Part shown: positions 19,527 through 30,252 of the stretch, one piece after another | Layout of the letters: every line of letters begins with the position of its first letter | Numbering within the stretch: the stretch's first letter is position 1 | Assembly (NCBI GenBank): GCA_903845195.1 | Contig: CAIMWO010000031.1 | Location: 69,207-133,206, forward strand | Origin: an uncultured Phycisphaerales bacterium | GTDB taxonomy: Bacteria > Planctomycetota > Phycisphaerae > WQYP01 | Reading direction: 5' to 3' | DNA length: 64,000 nt | The notes under the pieces: model-generated | Databases searched by the model: none | The model's input: the letters and a program-made list of their open reading frames with translations, nothing else | Told to the model about the DNA's origin: nothing | Program-made: the position numbers and the translations under genes

Positions 19527-20876
19527 TTAGGGAGCTGGCAGAAGGATAACGCTCACCCGCGTGGAGGAAATGGGCACGGGCTCTTGAGGCATAAAATGCA
19601 ACGATTTGCCATCCGACAACGTCACACTGACGCGTAAGTCATGCGGCGCGATCTGTCCTGCTGCGAATCCTGATGGAAACGGTGTAACTTCGGAAAGCTG
19701 TGCGTCGTTGTTCGCGCCACACACCGGGATGCGGAATTCAGCGTTCCGAACCATTCCATTGAGCATCCAATGACAGGTCACAAACACGTCAAGTTGCCGC
19801 GTATTGATCGGTACGTTCATAATCTGGAGCGATGGTTTACTTGGACTTGGCGGCGGTGCAATAGTTTCCAGTGTTTCTTTCCGCTGAATTGTTGACGATA
19901 GGGCCATAGGCTGCACTCGCTGATAGGATGAGAATTGGCCGTCATTCCATTGAATAATTAGCAGATTATCTCGTCCTGGAATCTTGGTGTCGGCGAATTT
20001 AGGCGGCAAGCGCAGTGTATTACTGCTATGGGTCCCCTTGTCCACGTCGAATGTGAGTCGTTCGCGGCAGATTCGCGAGGGAACATCATGAGAATCGCGA
20101 AGAGTTAGGGTCGTCATCAGCTTCTCGGCTCCAGCCGGAACGTTGAAGTATTGAATCGATGGACCGACAACGATCATCGAAGCGTGTGTTTGGGTGATTA
20201 TTGGGACGGACTTTGGAGGATTGGCCGGGAAAGGGTTAGAGAGGCTTAGGGACAGCTCCTGCATCCTCTGGACCGGCGGTTGCCGTCCAACTTTCGTGGA
20301 ATCCGTGATGGCGCAAGGGGCTGACTTCGTGGGTACATCCGGGGCCTTAATAGGTGTTTGAACCGCGATCGTAAGAGGCTCGGAGGGGCTGTGAAGCATC
20401 GACGTTCGTGCATCCGCGTCCTTCGTGCAGATGAAACCTTCTGCCCCCTCCGGATCCGCGAGGATCGTATTTCGAATATCGTCCGCTCGTCCTGTGTCAT
20501 TAGTAGCCATGGATACGGGTCGTGAGTTGAATAGGGGCTCATCGGAACGAAGCGGAGGCGACATAGCTGGTGCAGAGTTGCTTGGGCGCGTCGTGGGCAT
20601 ACGCTGATTTAGGTCGGAGATGATGTTGTTGAGGATTGTGTCGCGCTTCCGGTCGGCATTTCGATGTTGCGTCCAGGCACGAACCACGGGATCCGTTGAG
20701 GGCGCAACGGGGGGAAGAGTCGATTCCGCCGAATTGACGGGGGCCGATGGCGCTGAGATTGGACTCGCAGCGCTGGATTTTGGGAAATTGGCCTCCCACA
20801 GGGTTCTGCCGTAGCGGTTCCAGCCGATGATCCCAAGTACCAGTATGCCAATGATCAATAGCAGTCGTTTAATCAT
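19527..20876 (-). CDS. Membrane-anchored/secreted Pro-rich protein
   Basis: N-terminal MIKRLLLIIGILVLGIIG; first ~105 aa paralogous to 35527-35913. Confidence 0.75.
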   Translation of the reverse strand: MIKRLLLIIGILVLGIIGWNRYGRTLWEANFPKSSAASPISAPSAPVNSAESTLPPVAPSTDPVVRAWTQHRNADRKRDTILNNIISDLNQRMPTTRPSNSAPAMSPPLRSDEPLFNSRPVSMATNDTGRADDIRNTILADPEGAEGFICTKDADARTSMLHSPSEPLTIAVQTPIKAPDVPTKSAPCAITDSTKVGRQPPVQRMQELSLSLSNPFPANPPKSVPIITQTHASMIVVGPSIQYFNVPAGAEKLMTTLTLRDSHDVPSRICRERLTFDVDKGTHSSNTLRLPPKFADTKIPGRDNLLIIQWNDGQFSSYQRVQPMALSSTIQRKETLETIAPPPSPSKPSLQIMNVPINTRQLDVFVTCHWMLNGMVRNAEFRIPVCGANNDAQLSEVTPFPSGFAAGQIAPHDLRVSVTLSDGKSLHFMPQEPVPISSTRVSVILLPAP

Positions 20877-21040
20877 TTCTTCGCCTCCTGAGTCGGATCC
20901 ACTTCGAGATGCCAGTCTCCACCCGAGTTGACAAGTCTTGCATGCACTTGTTCGAACCTGCTGTTTTTGTAAGTGAGATCCGATACGTCGCGAGGAAATA
21001 TTCCTCGAAACGATCGTCTGTAATACCTGCGTGACAACTT
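20565..21040. repeat. Duplicated segment, left copy (internally deleted)
   Basis: 20565-20949 matches 35602-35986; 20955-21040 matches 37981-38066. Confidence 0.9.
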
Positions 21041-21380
21041 CTGCTCCGAAAGACCTCCACCAAAGGTTGGATCGCGTTAACCGTGCTCAAAAGAGGGCCG
21101 ACAGACGCAAGGATGATTCCATTGAAGGAAGCTTTTCGTGTGGCGCAACACGTAACGCATAAGCGACGGTGCAGCCTTGCTCTCGGCAGGCTCCCCCTCT
21201 ATTAGGCTCGAACCAGCTCTGACCCCCAACCGACGATTGTTAAAGGAATAAGGCTGTCCAGTGAAGCAGTTTCAATGGCATTATTACGGTAAAATGAGGT
21301 CTGATACCACTAACCGGCATTACTATAACTGCATAATTTGTAACCAGTTACGATAACGTAAACACCTATGGGCGTATTTT

Positions 21381-21399
21381 GTGACACAATGCGTCACGC
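21381..21399. promoter_or_regulatory. GTGAC-N7-GTCAC palindrome directly upstream of the ABC operon
   Basis: GTGAC ACAATGC GTCACGC ends about 10 nt before ATG 21409; related sites occur at 21140, 35314 and 38057-38303. Confidence 0.6.
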
Positions 21400-21408
21400 T
21401 ATGCTTGT

Positions 21409-22389
21409 ATGAATACATTACGCAGTACCATCGTTGCATTCATCGTCGCGGTTGCCCTCACGTTTTTGGGGTGCGAAGAACATTCTGATAAACCACAGGC
21501 ACGCAAGACAGTTGGCGTCCTACTTCTTGCGTCTCATCCGGTCCTTCAAGAGCTACGCGACGGATTCCGGGAGCGTCTCGACGAAATCGCCAAGGCGAAG
21601 AATGTGCAGCTATCGTATGATGAGAAAAACGCCGAGGGAAACGCCGCCACCCTGAATCAACTAGCCGCCTACTTCTCGACTGGGAAACACGATCTCGTTT
21701 ACGCTGTAGGGTCTGATAGTGCACTGAAATTGAAGTCCAAGGAATCTCAGATTCCCGTCATCTTCGCTGGCACCCCTGACCCTATCCGCAATGGATTTGT
21801 GGATTCATTGGAGAAGCCTGGTTCCAATCTAACAGGGGTGCGTTTCTTGGCGCCGGCAACTGTGCTTCTTGATGTCTTAGCAAAACGTCATCCAGGCATC
21901 CACAGAATTGCCGTCCTCCGAAATCCTTCTGAAATCAATTCCCTGTCGGTGGCAGATCCATTCATTGCAGAAGCTCGCAAACGAGGCATTATCATCGGCG
22001 ATTTTGGCGTCACAGAGATATCTCAACTTCCATCAATCCTCGGGAAAATCGGTTCCGAGAAATGGGAAGCCGTCTTCGTTCCCAATGACAATCTTATTTA
22101 CCAGAATCTCAAGCAGGCTGCGGCATCGCTCGCTTCATACGGTATCCCATTCTTCAGTGTCACCGACGCGTCTGTAAGAGCAGGAGCTGAATTTGCAGTG
22201 GGTGTCTCCTATCGCGAGATGGGACGCCAGGCTGCTTCGGTTGCTGCGAAGATATTGTTCGAGGGGAAGAAACCTGGCGAAGTTCCCGTGCTCGAGTTGC
22301 GCGAGGGTTGCCTCTATGTACCTGCTCAAAAATCGCAGGAATTTTCTTCTATGGCGCCTCGGGAATTTCCTGTTACGCCGGTAAAATAA
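21409..22389 (+). CDS. ABC transporter substrate-binding lipoprotein (ABC_sub_bind family)
   Basis: Lipobox FLGC, HPVL..GF, NAEGN, PVIF..DP..G, NLTGV, NPSEINS, PNDN. Confidence 0.9.
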   Translation: MNTLRSTIVAFIVAVALTFLGCEEHSDKPQARKTVGVLLLASHPVLQELRDGFRERLDEIAKAKNVQLSYDEKNAEGNAATLNQLAAYFSTGKHDLVYAVGSDSALKLKSKESQIPVIFAGTPDPIRNGFVDSLEKPGSNLTGVRFLAPATVLLDVLAKRHPGIHRIAVLRNPSEINSLSVADPFIAEARKRGIIIGDFGVTEISQLPSILGKIGSEKWEAVFVPNDNLIYQNLKQAAASLASYGIPFFSVTDASVRAGAEFAVGVSYREMGRQAASVAAKILFEGKKPGEVPVLELREGCLYVPAQKSQEFSSMAPREFPVTPVK

Positions 22390-22408
22390 ACGATAGGACT
22401 GTTCAATC

Positions 22409-23263
22409 GTGATTGAAGAAATCATCATGCAGACCGGGATTTATTGGTTCATGGCGCTTGGGCTGTGGATCAATCTCCGAGTCGTTCGATATCCCGACCT
22501 TGCCGTCGAGAACGTCCTGGTCTTGGCAGCCATGAGCACATGCGGCATTGCTGCCGCCGGCATAAACGGTGCAAGCGGTGTTGTCCTCACGGTAGTCCTG
22601 GGCGTGCCATCGGCGCTCCTCGTAGCAGGCTGCGCGTGGATAGCATGGAAAGTTCTGCGTGTTCATGCCATTATTGTCAGTCTTGCCTTAGGATACATCC
22701 TTTATTCGGTGGCGCTTGAAGCGTTTGGCGCTATGAAGGACGGGCAGGGTTTGCCTAAATTGCGTGCGAACGCACAAGGCTTGGCTATCGTCTATAGTTC
22801 CATTCTTGTTATCTGTGGGGTGCTGCAAATGATTAGAGGCTCCTCGGCAGGACGCCATTTCCTAGCCGCAGTTGGTAATCCGCCCCTCGCCCGCGCCTTG
22901 GGCATGAAACCAGCAGTCTGGCAGTGGTTGGGGCTGTCATTTGGGACATTCCTCATGATGGTCAGCGGACTTCTTCATGCCTGCTATTACACTTATGTTA
23001 ACATTGGGGATGCGGTGGGTTTTCTGCTTCTTGGAATCTTTTCAGCAGTCCTTGTAGCGAACGGCCTGTGTCCGCGTATCGTTGGCTTATGGAATGGGCT
23101 AGCGACGTTAATTGCCGTCGCGGCGTTTCAATCCGTCATCACCGTCGCGATTTACGCAGGCCTTCCAATAAATCTAAACAAAGGCTTGATGGGCTTGCTG
23201 CTGATAGGTGTGGTGGCGTTACTTCGATACAAGAAGGTCTCTCAACCCATCACTTTGAGTTAG
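22409..23263 (+). CDS. ABC transporter permease (BPD_transp_2-like)
   Basis: PDLAVE motif, G..FLAAVGNP..ARALG, multiple TM helices. Confidence 0.85.
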   Translation: MIEEIIMQTGIYWFMALGLWINLRVVRYPDLAVENVLVLAAMSTCGIAAAGINGASGVVLTVVLGVPSALLVAGCAWIAWKVLRVHAIIVSLALGYILYSVALEAFGAMKDGQGLPKLRANAQGLAIVYSSILVICGVLQMIRGSSAGRHFLAAVGNPPLARALGMKPAVWQWLGLSFGTFLMMVSGLLHACYYTYVNIGDAVGFLLLGIFSAVLVANGLCPRIVGLWNGLATLIAVAAFQSVITVAIYAGLPINLNKGLMGLLLIGVVALLRYKKVSQPITLS

Positions 23264-23266
23264 CCC

Positions 23267-23896
23267 ATGATTACTCTTTCGCAGCTAACCTTCTCCTACA
23301 CGGAGGCCTTCGACGGATTTCGACTTGGCCCAGTTGACATGGCGATGCAACCAGGCAAGACCTACGGATGGAGGGGAAACAATGGCAGCGGCAAGTCCAC
23401 ACTTGCATCCATTCTTGCTGGTCAGCGGTCTGCAGCGACAGGTGGAATTGATGGACTCCCACCTCGGGTCCTCTATTTTCAGCAAAACATTGCGGCAAAC
23501 ATTTTTCCGGATCTCACGGTGGGGGAGCATCTTCGTCTCTGCAAAACTGCCGAGAGACGAGCAGATATCTTGCACGTGTTTCCGTCCCTCTCGCAATTCG
23601 CACGCAAGTATCCTGATGCGCTATCGGGTGGTCAACTCCAGCGCCTGGCATTCTCCCTCGCATTGATTCGCGACTTCGACCTTTACATATTTGATGAAGT
23701 AACCAACCACCTCGATCAGCAAACAGCGAAACTTGTTGGCGAAACGATGCAGTCCCTCCTCAGACGAAAACCGGACTGCACCGTGGTCTTCATAAGTCAT
23801 GATCATGACTTTCTTCGCCGCTACGCAGACGTTATCTTTACCTTCGACGAAGGAAAAGTGATTGAGGAATCCCAGTATGACCATTCGTTCACCTAA
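23267..23896 (+). CDS. ABC transporter ATP-binding protein
   Basis: GNNGSGKS, LSGGQLQR, YIFDE, SHD. Confidence 0.95.
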   Translation: MITLSQLTFSYTEAFDGFRLGPVDMAMQPGKTYGWRGNNGSGKSTLASILAGQRSAATGGIDGLPPRVLYFQQNIAANIFPDLTVGEHLRLCKTAERRADILHVFPSLSQFARKYPDALSGGQLQRLAFSLALIRDFDLYIFDEVTNHLDQQTAKLVGETMQSLLRRKPDCTVVFISHDHDFLRRYADVIFTFDEGKVIEESQYDHSFT

Positions 23897-24620
23897 CGAT
23901 TGCAATAGAACTGCTATTGTGGTCGGCGGGACTTCAGGGTTTGGGGCTGCGATTACCGAGGAATTGCGTCAGCGTCGTTTCGCTGTGATCACGGTTGGTC
24001 GAAGTGCCGATTCGCCGCGGGGCGTGCGGCTTCATTTCTCATGTGATGTGGGCGATCTCCAGGCCTGGGATATGACCGTCGGCAAGATTCTTGAGGCAAC
24101 AATTTCTGCCAAAGTGGATGTCCTGATTTATACCGTAGGCTACGCTCGAGTATTTCCATTCGGTCACACTCCGTCGGAAGAATGGCACCGGCACCTACGG
24201 TTAAATTTGACCTATGTAGCAGAGAGTTTTCCGTACCTGGAGACGGTTCTTTCTGAGAATGCAAGCATAGCTACGACGGGGAGCCAATGGTCTTTCCGAC
24301 ACGGGTGGCCTGACCTAATTCCTTACATAACGGCTAAGCATGCATTGGCAACCCTCACCGAAGAGTACGCTGCGACTTTTCCTCAGCGGCGATTTAGGCA
24401 CTACTGCGTGCCTACTATGGCAACCCCTGGTTACGATGCGGTGCGCCAGTCTGTAATCGAGAACAAGGGAACACTGCATACCCTCTCCGACAAATCTCGT
24501 CCTGCTGATATTGGATTAATTAGTCGCGTATTCGTAACCGATCTGCTAGATTCTACCGTTACTCATCCCGTGACGCGTGAAATCAGCGCTGCCGGTAATC
24601 TGAAACCTGTTGGTGCATGA
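23877..24620 (+). CDS. Short-chain dehydrogenase/reductase (SDR)
   Basis: GGTSGFG, CDV, catalytic YITAK. Confidence 0.9.
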   Translation: MTIRSPNDCNRTAIVVGGTSGFGAAITEELRQRRFAVITVGRSADSPRGVRLHFSCDVGDLQAWDMTVGKILEATISAKVDVLIYTVGYARVFPFGHTPSEEWHRHLRLNLTYVAESFPYLETVLSENASIATTGSQWSFRHGWPDLIPYITAKHALATLTEEYAATFPQRRFRHYCVPTMATPGYDAVRQSVIENKGTLHTLSDKSRPADIGLISRVFVTDLLDSTVTHPVTREISAAGNLKPVGA

Positions 24621-25657
24621 TGAAAGATAGCGTAAAGGAAGTCGCCGAATACTTTGGGAAGCGCGCTGCACGATACCAGCTTTCGCAAGAAACATGCCCT
24701 ATGGCGCGAAGCCTGGATTTAATTCCTTACGTATACGTTATTGATGGCGTGATACGCCAATTCTCTCGAAGTCCAGGAGACTTACGGATTTTCGATGCCT
24801 TTGGAGGCTCCGGCTTTTTGTCGAGGTCATTTGCACACACTGAAATTCGTTTCACAATTGCTGATTGCACAAACGCCTATAAGCAAGACGGCAGCAACAA
24901 ACATGAGTGGCTGATATGTCCCGACTATTTCCGCGCCATATCCGCAGAACGAGCTGGAGAATATGATCTTGTGTTTGCGCATGGTGGACTTCATCACGTC
25001 TATGTTAAAGACAATGCTGGACTGGAAGATGAAACATCTGTCGGCCTTCAACACCAGTGTGTCGCTAACCTCTCGCGGCTACTCCGCAAGGGAGGTTTCC
25101 TGGTGTTAGCGGACATACCAGACCGGCCGTCCCGAGTGGACGCACATGGAAGTGACATTTCGCTTATCGATACCAGCATGGCAATTGACTTATTTGGCAA
25201 CGAACGACTAGCGTTCCTTCGGTCTGCAGCCACCGATTTCTCACTGTCTCCGTCGTTGAATAACACGTGCCACACTGTTGAGTCCATTTTCCGTGACTCC
25301 ACCCACCCCGGCTCTCTGCGGCGTTTCTTTGACGAGGAAGTTGCGCGCAAGACTCCCAACGGCCACGAAGCCTGTTTCCTTGATTTTGAAAGGATCATAG
25401 CAAGGGCTGCCAAACATGATCTGTGTTTAATGGCCCTCATACCTTACCCGGGAGCATGGGTATTTGAGACTGCGAACCAGGCCGTGTGGTTCTTTCGCGA
25501 AATGTTTGGCTTTGGACAATCGATGCCCCCTTTCCAGGAAGATTCGCAAGATTACGTCGTGAAGTCCGCCATTTCCGACACACTAGGGATGAGGAGTGTG
25601 GGCGATCATCTCGCGGTTAACTGGGGCGTGAGCTACGCAATCTTCAGGAGGGATTAA
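24617..25657 (+). CDS. Class I SAM-dependent methyltransferase
   Basis: DAFGGSG motif I, YDLVFAHGGLHH, LLRKGGFLVLAD; ATGA overlap with the SDR. Confidence 0.85.
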   Translation: MMKDSVKEVAEYFGKRAARYQLSQETCPMARSLDLIPYVYVIDGVIRQFSRSPGDLRIFDAFGGSGFLSRSFAHTEIRFTIADCTNAYKQDGSNKHEWLICPDYFRAISAERAGEYDLVFAHGGLHHVYVKDNAGLEDETSVGLQHQCVANLSRLLRKGGFLVLADIPDRPSRVDAHGSDISLIDTSMAIDLFGNERLAFLRSAATDFSLSPSLNNTCHTVESIFRDSTHPGSLRRFFDEEVARKTPNGHEACFLDFERIIARAAKHDLCLMALIPYPGAWVFETANQAVWFFREMFGFGQSMPPFQEDSQDYVVKSAISDTLGMRSVGDHLAVNWGVSYAIFRRD

Positions 25658-25658
25658 C

Positions 25659-27923
25659 ATGGCGCAAGACATGCAGATCCTCCTGCAGAACTATCAGGGT
25701 ACGTTCATCCTAGACATGCTGAATGAGTTCCGCAAAGATGTTATTCGATGCATGTTTCGGGACATGGTTATTGCCATTGATTCGATCCATACCTCGCCAC
25801 CTCTCGAGAACCATTCGAGGGAACTGTCTGCTTTTCTGCGTAATTCCGATTGCCTAGCTTGGGCGAACTCGTTTTCCGAATGGTTTGGCGCCGATTGCCC
25901 GGCTCATGTGAAATCGCTATACGTCAATCTTCAACTCGCGGCAAGAGAATTTATAGTGAAATTCAATAGTAAACCGAAGACCGAAATATGGGCATACTTA
26001 TACTCGCCACAGTTCGCCACAAAATTGCGTATAAGTGCTGGGGATAAGCAAGGTTACAGAGGTGATTCCTTAGCCGGTCTTTTCAACGTCGTGGCTCTTT
26101 CGATCGACAAGAAGAACGTTAAGCTCATCCAGCCGCATGACATTGAGTTAACTGGCGGATTTCACACTTTACAATGTTGCTTCCCTATTTTGAACGCGAC
26201 GGCCCGGAGCCAACTCGCTAAAGATTTCGAGGAAGAACAAGAGTTTATATCACTCCCGCTCGAAGAAGATTTTTCTATTAAGCCTGCGATTTTTCGAGGA
26301 CATACAGCCGTCTGCTACGACACGGGCTATTACCAACATCACGTAGGAAGTTTGAGTCTTCTCCCAAAGGCACGACGGGTATACAACACTTGCTTTCTGC
26401 AAATCAGACCTCAGGCGGATCTGCAAAAGGCCAACGGTCCGGTTGGGTTCATTCAATTACAGTGCTGCTTGCCAGGACTAATGAACTTTCTTGTCCCGAA
26501 GTCGACAAGCAAGGATACAGATGTTCTGGTGTTGGGCATCGATAAACAGCTCGTTGCCACGAAAGGATGCGAAGATAACTTCAAAGACGTGGTCCTTGCC
26601 GAATTTGCTAACGATTGGTGGGAGAGCGACAAAGAACGGAGAAGTTTATGTACCTTCTGGAGGCTGCGAGAACTTACGCATGGCTGGCCGCGTAGGCTTT
26701 ACAACATTCTGGACTTAGGCAAGAGGCAGGCGGCCATACTGGAGAAAGAGTTGGTTCGGCGGGAGCAGCACAAATACCGCCAGCAACTTCAGTTGTTGGA
26801 TCAACCCATTGACGACTTACTGTCGGCCGTCGGCCTCCTGCAAGAGTCGTCCAGCCAGGTGTACGCGATAGTGAGGGAGCCGTCTGACGCAATTTTCGGA
26901 ATACATCACCAAGTGGCACCACTTTTCGATGAGAACAGCGGGAAACTAGTGGTCGCATCGGACTTCTCTGCGCGGATCCAACACGATCCGATGGAATATG
27001 ACGAGAAGGAGGAAGTTGATATTAAATCTTTGCGCTCTGTAGTAGCGATGCTTCTCCTTAAGTGGACTGGGTATCACAAGAAAACAACGACGTTAACATA
27101 TCTGCAGTTTATGACAAAGGCGTCACAATGGCTCGATAAATGCGAGCGTGATGGCAAGGCCTACCATTGGCTTCTGTCGCAAATCCGGGGTGTGTTACTA
27201 CGCCCAGCACCTAACGCTACCACGCCACCCCAAGTGGACCGAATGAGCGATCTGCTGGGAACAGGGTACCCATTCGCCGCGCTTCAGCAGGGTGCTTGTG
27301 CCGCCAAGTCACTGTTGTTTACCCCGTTCAAACTTGGTGCGAGTGAATTGGGGGTGCTTCCAGTAGCCATTGCCGCAAAACTCGATCACAAGAAGACGTT
27401 TGATATCGATCGCGGAGAAGTGATAAAGGCAACAATTTCGGACGTCGCGGCGGTCGAGGAACACCTCACGTTGACGCGCGACATTTCCCCCGCATTACCA
27501 AAGGACATCATCCAATTTATACACGGCGTTGTTGGGGAAGCGTTCAACCGCCGCCAGTCTCTCAATGTTGACGCTTTGCAGATTAAAAGGTGGTACTACG
27601 AGGACAGGGACATCAATTGGCAGCATATTCGAATCACCTTTTCTGATTCGTATTTGAAAGGGGCATTGAAGAAGTTGCGTGGCGAAGTGGATAGCCTGCT
27701 AAGAGCTGACCGCGATTGGAGAATAGAGTTTGGCGCTTCCGGCAATTTCAGTGCACCTTTTAAGACGTTGGCAAATCGGCTGCTCGGCGTTGGATCGGAA
27801 TGGTTCGTGTCTCCCACGCTTGAAGAAAGCGATGTCTTTAGGCTTATGAACGCAACGAGCCACAATACTTTCGCCGTTTCATCCCATGACAGGTGCATTT
27901 GCCTTGAATGGCAAAAAAAGTGA
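25659..27923 (+). CDS. Large protein resembling a degenerate sensor histidine kinase
   Basis: GAF-like PVGFIQL strand, coiled DHp-like stretch, C-terminal HATPase-like elements (FIHGVVGEAFN, IRITFSD, GASG) lacking canonical boxes. Confidence 0.45.
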   Translation: MAQDMQILLQNYQGTFILDMLNEFRKDVIRCMFRDMVIAIDSIHTSPPLENHSRELSAFLRNSDCLAWANSFSEWFGADCPAHVKSLYVNLQLAAREFIVKFNSKPKTEIWAYLYSPQFATKLRISAGDKQGYRGDSLAGLFNVVALSIDKKNVKLIQPHDIELTGGFHTLQCCFPILNATARSQLAKDFEEEQEFISLPLEEDFSIKPAIFRGHTAVCYDTGYYQHHVGSLSLLPKARRVYNTCFLQIRPQADLQKANGPVGFIQLQCCLPGLMNFLVPKSTSKDTDVLVLGIDKQLVATKGCEDNFKDVVLAEFANDWWESDKERRSLCTFWRLRELTHGWPRRLYNILDLGKRQAAILEKELVRREQHKYRQQLQLLDQPIDDLLSAVGLLQESSSQVYAIVREPSDAIFGIHHQVAPLFDENSGKLVVASDFSARIQHDPMEYDEKEEVDIKSLRSVVAMLLLKWTGYHKKTTTLTYLQFMTKASQWLDKCERDGKAYHWLLSQIRGVLLRPAPNATTPPQVDRMSDLLGTGYPFAALQQGACAAKSLLFTPFKLGASELGVLPVAIAAKLDHKKTFDIDRGEVIKATISDVAAVEEHLTLTRDISPALPKDIIQFIHGVVGEAFNRRQSLNVDALQIKRWYYEDRDINWQHIRITFSDSYLKGALKKLRGEVDSLLRADRDWRIEFGASGNFSAPFKTLANRLLGVGSEWFVSPTLEESDVFRLMNATSHNTFAVSSHDRCICLEWQKK

Positions 27924-27930
27924 GGACGTA

Positions 27931-28689
27931 ATGAAGGTTGTCATACACGACCACAAATCCCGCGACGATTTCTCTTGGGCCAAAATAATCGCGAAACTCG
28001 CCACGAAGACGGGTGTGAGGATTGCGGAATTCGTCACGGATAGGCCGAGCATTGATATGGTGCGTCCGGAGTGTGGAGGGGGTGACACCATCATTTTCTT
28101 ACATTCGGAGCAGTGGAGACAATGGAATATTGCTCAGGAGAATATCGTTCAGCCTCTTGCAGGCATTCTTGTACATGTCGGAACAAATGGTTTTTCAGGG
28201 CAGCATTCACCTTTCCAAAACCGTCGGTATGCAAGTAGGTTTACGGCGAAACAATTCGCGGAAAATGGCAGGGGGGAAGCGTTCTTTGCTTCTGTTGCGA
28301 ATGGGCATCCAGATTGGGAGTTCCTCAATCCGGCTGCGACGGAGGAACTCCGTGCCCTCAAGATCCTGTGCGAAGCGTGGAAGTTTGTTTTTGTTGCAGA
28401 GAAGAAGAAGGTTGCCGGCATTTCCGTTCACGCCCCGGAAACCCCGGCGGCCTGGTTCAAACCTTTCGACTGGATGTTCCCGGCCCCGGTTAACCTCAAC
28501 AGCGAGGAGGAAAAGCGTCGTATCCATAAAGAACTACCAGCTTTGGTCGCCCTGATGGGAGATGCCGAGGGAGACGCGATGAATCTGCTGACGGCGGTTA
28601 TAACGGGAGACGACCTCAGGATACCGGTCGAGACATTCCTGGATAGGTTCCCTGGCTCCAAACCAGCAGCAACGAAGGCGGGCACATGA
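27931..28689 (+). CDS. Atypical receiver-like protein
   Basis: MKVVIHDH (beta1), IIFLH (His at the usual Asp site), ILVHVG (beta4). Confidence 0.5.
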   Translation: MKVVIHDHKSRDDFSWAKIIAKLATKTGVRIAEFVTDRPSIDMVRPECGGGDTIIFLHSEQWRQWNIAQENIVQPLAGILVHVGTNGFSGQHSPFQNRRYASRFTAKQFAENGRGEAFFASVANGHPDWEFLNPAATEELRALKILCEAWKFVFVAEKKKVAGISVHAPETPAAWFKPFDWMFPAPVNLNSEEEKRRIHKELPALVALMGDAEGDAMNLLTAVITGDDLRIPVETFLDRFPGSKPAATKAGT

Positions 28690-30230
28690 CAACCACGCCC
28701 CCCATGAATCCTGTTTCGCGGGCTCTTTCCTTTGTCCTGAAAGGGAATCCCAGTCTCCTCGTCCTCGATTACGCGGACAAGGGCACATTCTCGGATCTCT
28801 GGCTAAAGGGATTGGAGTCATACACTCCAGAAATTGCTGGACACCAGGTGCCTTGGAATGATGAGCACGAGGTTGTGCTAATTGTTGGTGGACCGCCTCC
28901 CGCCGAGGCATTCAAGGAAATGCCGGAGTGCCTCAACGGTATCAATTTTCGCGATCATTTAACTGCGGCGTCATGGGCGGCGGCCTGGCGGCTCAGGTTT
29001 CCAGGCGCCAAGGCGCGTGTAGTTGTGCTCGCATCGAGTTCATATGGAACGGTGGGTTCGATCGCCGAGGCTCTGGCCACCCTGTTTAGCGCTCATGATG
29101 CGACCGGTTTGCCGCTCGTGCCTGGGATTAGCTTCTTGGGGTCGCCCTCGCTGGAAATCCTGTGCGAGAGCCTGAATGCTGATGACGGTGAAGTCATGGA
29201 ACCAACACCAACTGTCTTGGCGATGCTGCGCACCACTCTCTGGTACGGACTGACTTCTGATCGCGGTGACCACCATGCCGTGAGCAACGTCCTAGGTGCA
29301 CTCTTGCTGAGCTCTCAAGTAGGAAGGGGAGAGGCTCACGGAGGTCGAGCTTGGGCTGAAGATTATCTTCTCGCCCTGGCGAAGGCATGTGGCGTATTCG
29401 CCAACAGCGATCAAGCAGAAGTCAAGAATCGCCAGGGATCCAAGTGTTGGATAAATCCGCAAATACAGAGCGTCGTTAGCGCGGCAGTCCTGATCGATGA
29501 CATGGCCGACTTATGGGGAGTTTTCCTTCGAAACGCACTTGGGTTTGCCAGTGGTGCGGATTTCACAGGACAAGACCGCACCTTCCGTGAAAGTTTCGTC
29601 AGCTCACCTGACGGGAAATTCTTCGATGAACTCCAAGGATTGCCTGCAAGGTTAAAGGCTTTTCTCGGCTCCGGTGATCCATTCATTGCCGCCAGTGACC
29701 TTATCTCCGGGCAGCATAAGGTCAAGAAAGACTTCGTTCTATTCCTAGATCTTCGCCTCTTTCCCAAACGCGGTCTTGGCAGAAGCGATCAACAGGCGAT
29801 GTTTTTTTCAGAACTCGCTGAATTCGGTCTTGCCCTGCTTAATCCTGATCGCAATCTGCCATGGCTCGATGAGCTCGGACAAGAGCTTCTGCGGAATGAA
29901 CTTGGGCAATATGACGTCACGGTCTCGCATCAACCCTCTAATGGTGCGGGCCTCGACCTGCCTCCAGAGGAAACACTATTGCCCCGCCTCCTATCGCTGC
30001 TGGACCCAACACTTCCTATCGTCATCTTCTCTTCCACGCATCACAGTGAATTGACAGACCCATTCCGCGATTATGGCAACATCATCACCACCTTTCGAAA
30101 ACCGGTCGTCACCGCCATGACTCGTGATTGGATAGCGACGCTTGAGGAACTCCACGCCGATTTCGTCTCGGCGCTGGAGAAGTCAGCCAAGGTGATGAGT
30201 GCAAGAAGCATACTGCAGAGTTTTTATTAA
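28686..30230 (+). CDS. H-box-like + receiver domain protein
   Basis: HHAVSNVLG followed by LIDD, LFLDLRL, PIVIFSS and FRKP (complete receiver residues with insertions). Confidence 0.65.
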   Translation: MTTTPPMNPVSRALSFVLKGNPSLLVLDYADKGTFSDLWLKGLESYTPEIAGHQVPWNDEHEVVLIVGGPPPAEAFKEMPECLNGINFRDHLTAASWAAAWRLRFPGAKARVVVLASSSYGTVGSIAEALATLFSAHDATGLPLVPGISFLGSPSLEILCESLNADDGEVMEPTPTVLAMLRTTLWYGLTSDRGDHHAVSNVLGALLLSSQVGRGEAHGGRAWAEDYLLALAKACGVFANSDQAEVKNRQGSKCWINPQIQSVVSAAVLIDDMADLWGVFLRNALGFASGADFTGQDRTFRESFVSSPDGKFFDELQGLPARLKAFLGSGDPFIAASDLISGQHKVKKDFVLFLDLRLFPKRGLGRSDQQAMFFSELAEFGLALLNPDRNLPWLDELGQELLRNELGQYDVTVSHQPSNGAGLDLPPEETLLPRLLSLLDPTLPIVIFSSTHHSELTDPFRDYGNIITTFRKPVVTAMTRDWIATLEELHADFVSALEKSAKVMSARSILQSFY

Positions 30231-30252
30231 CAAGGTTATTTCGGGGTGCGGC

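Noticed and set aside
20869-21090. 73-aa minus-strand ORF
   Set aside because: Spans the deletion junction of the duplicated segment; a chimeric by-product.
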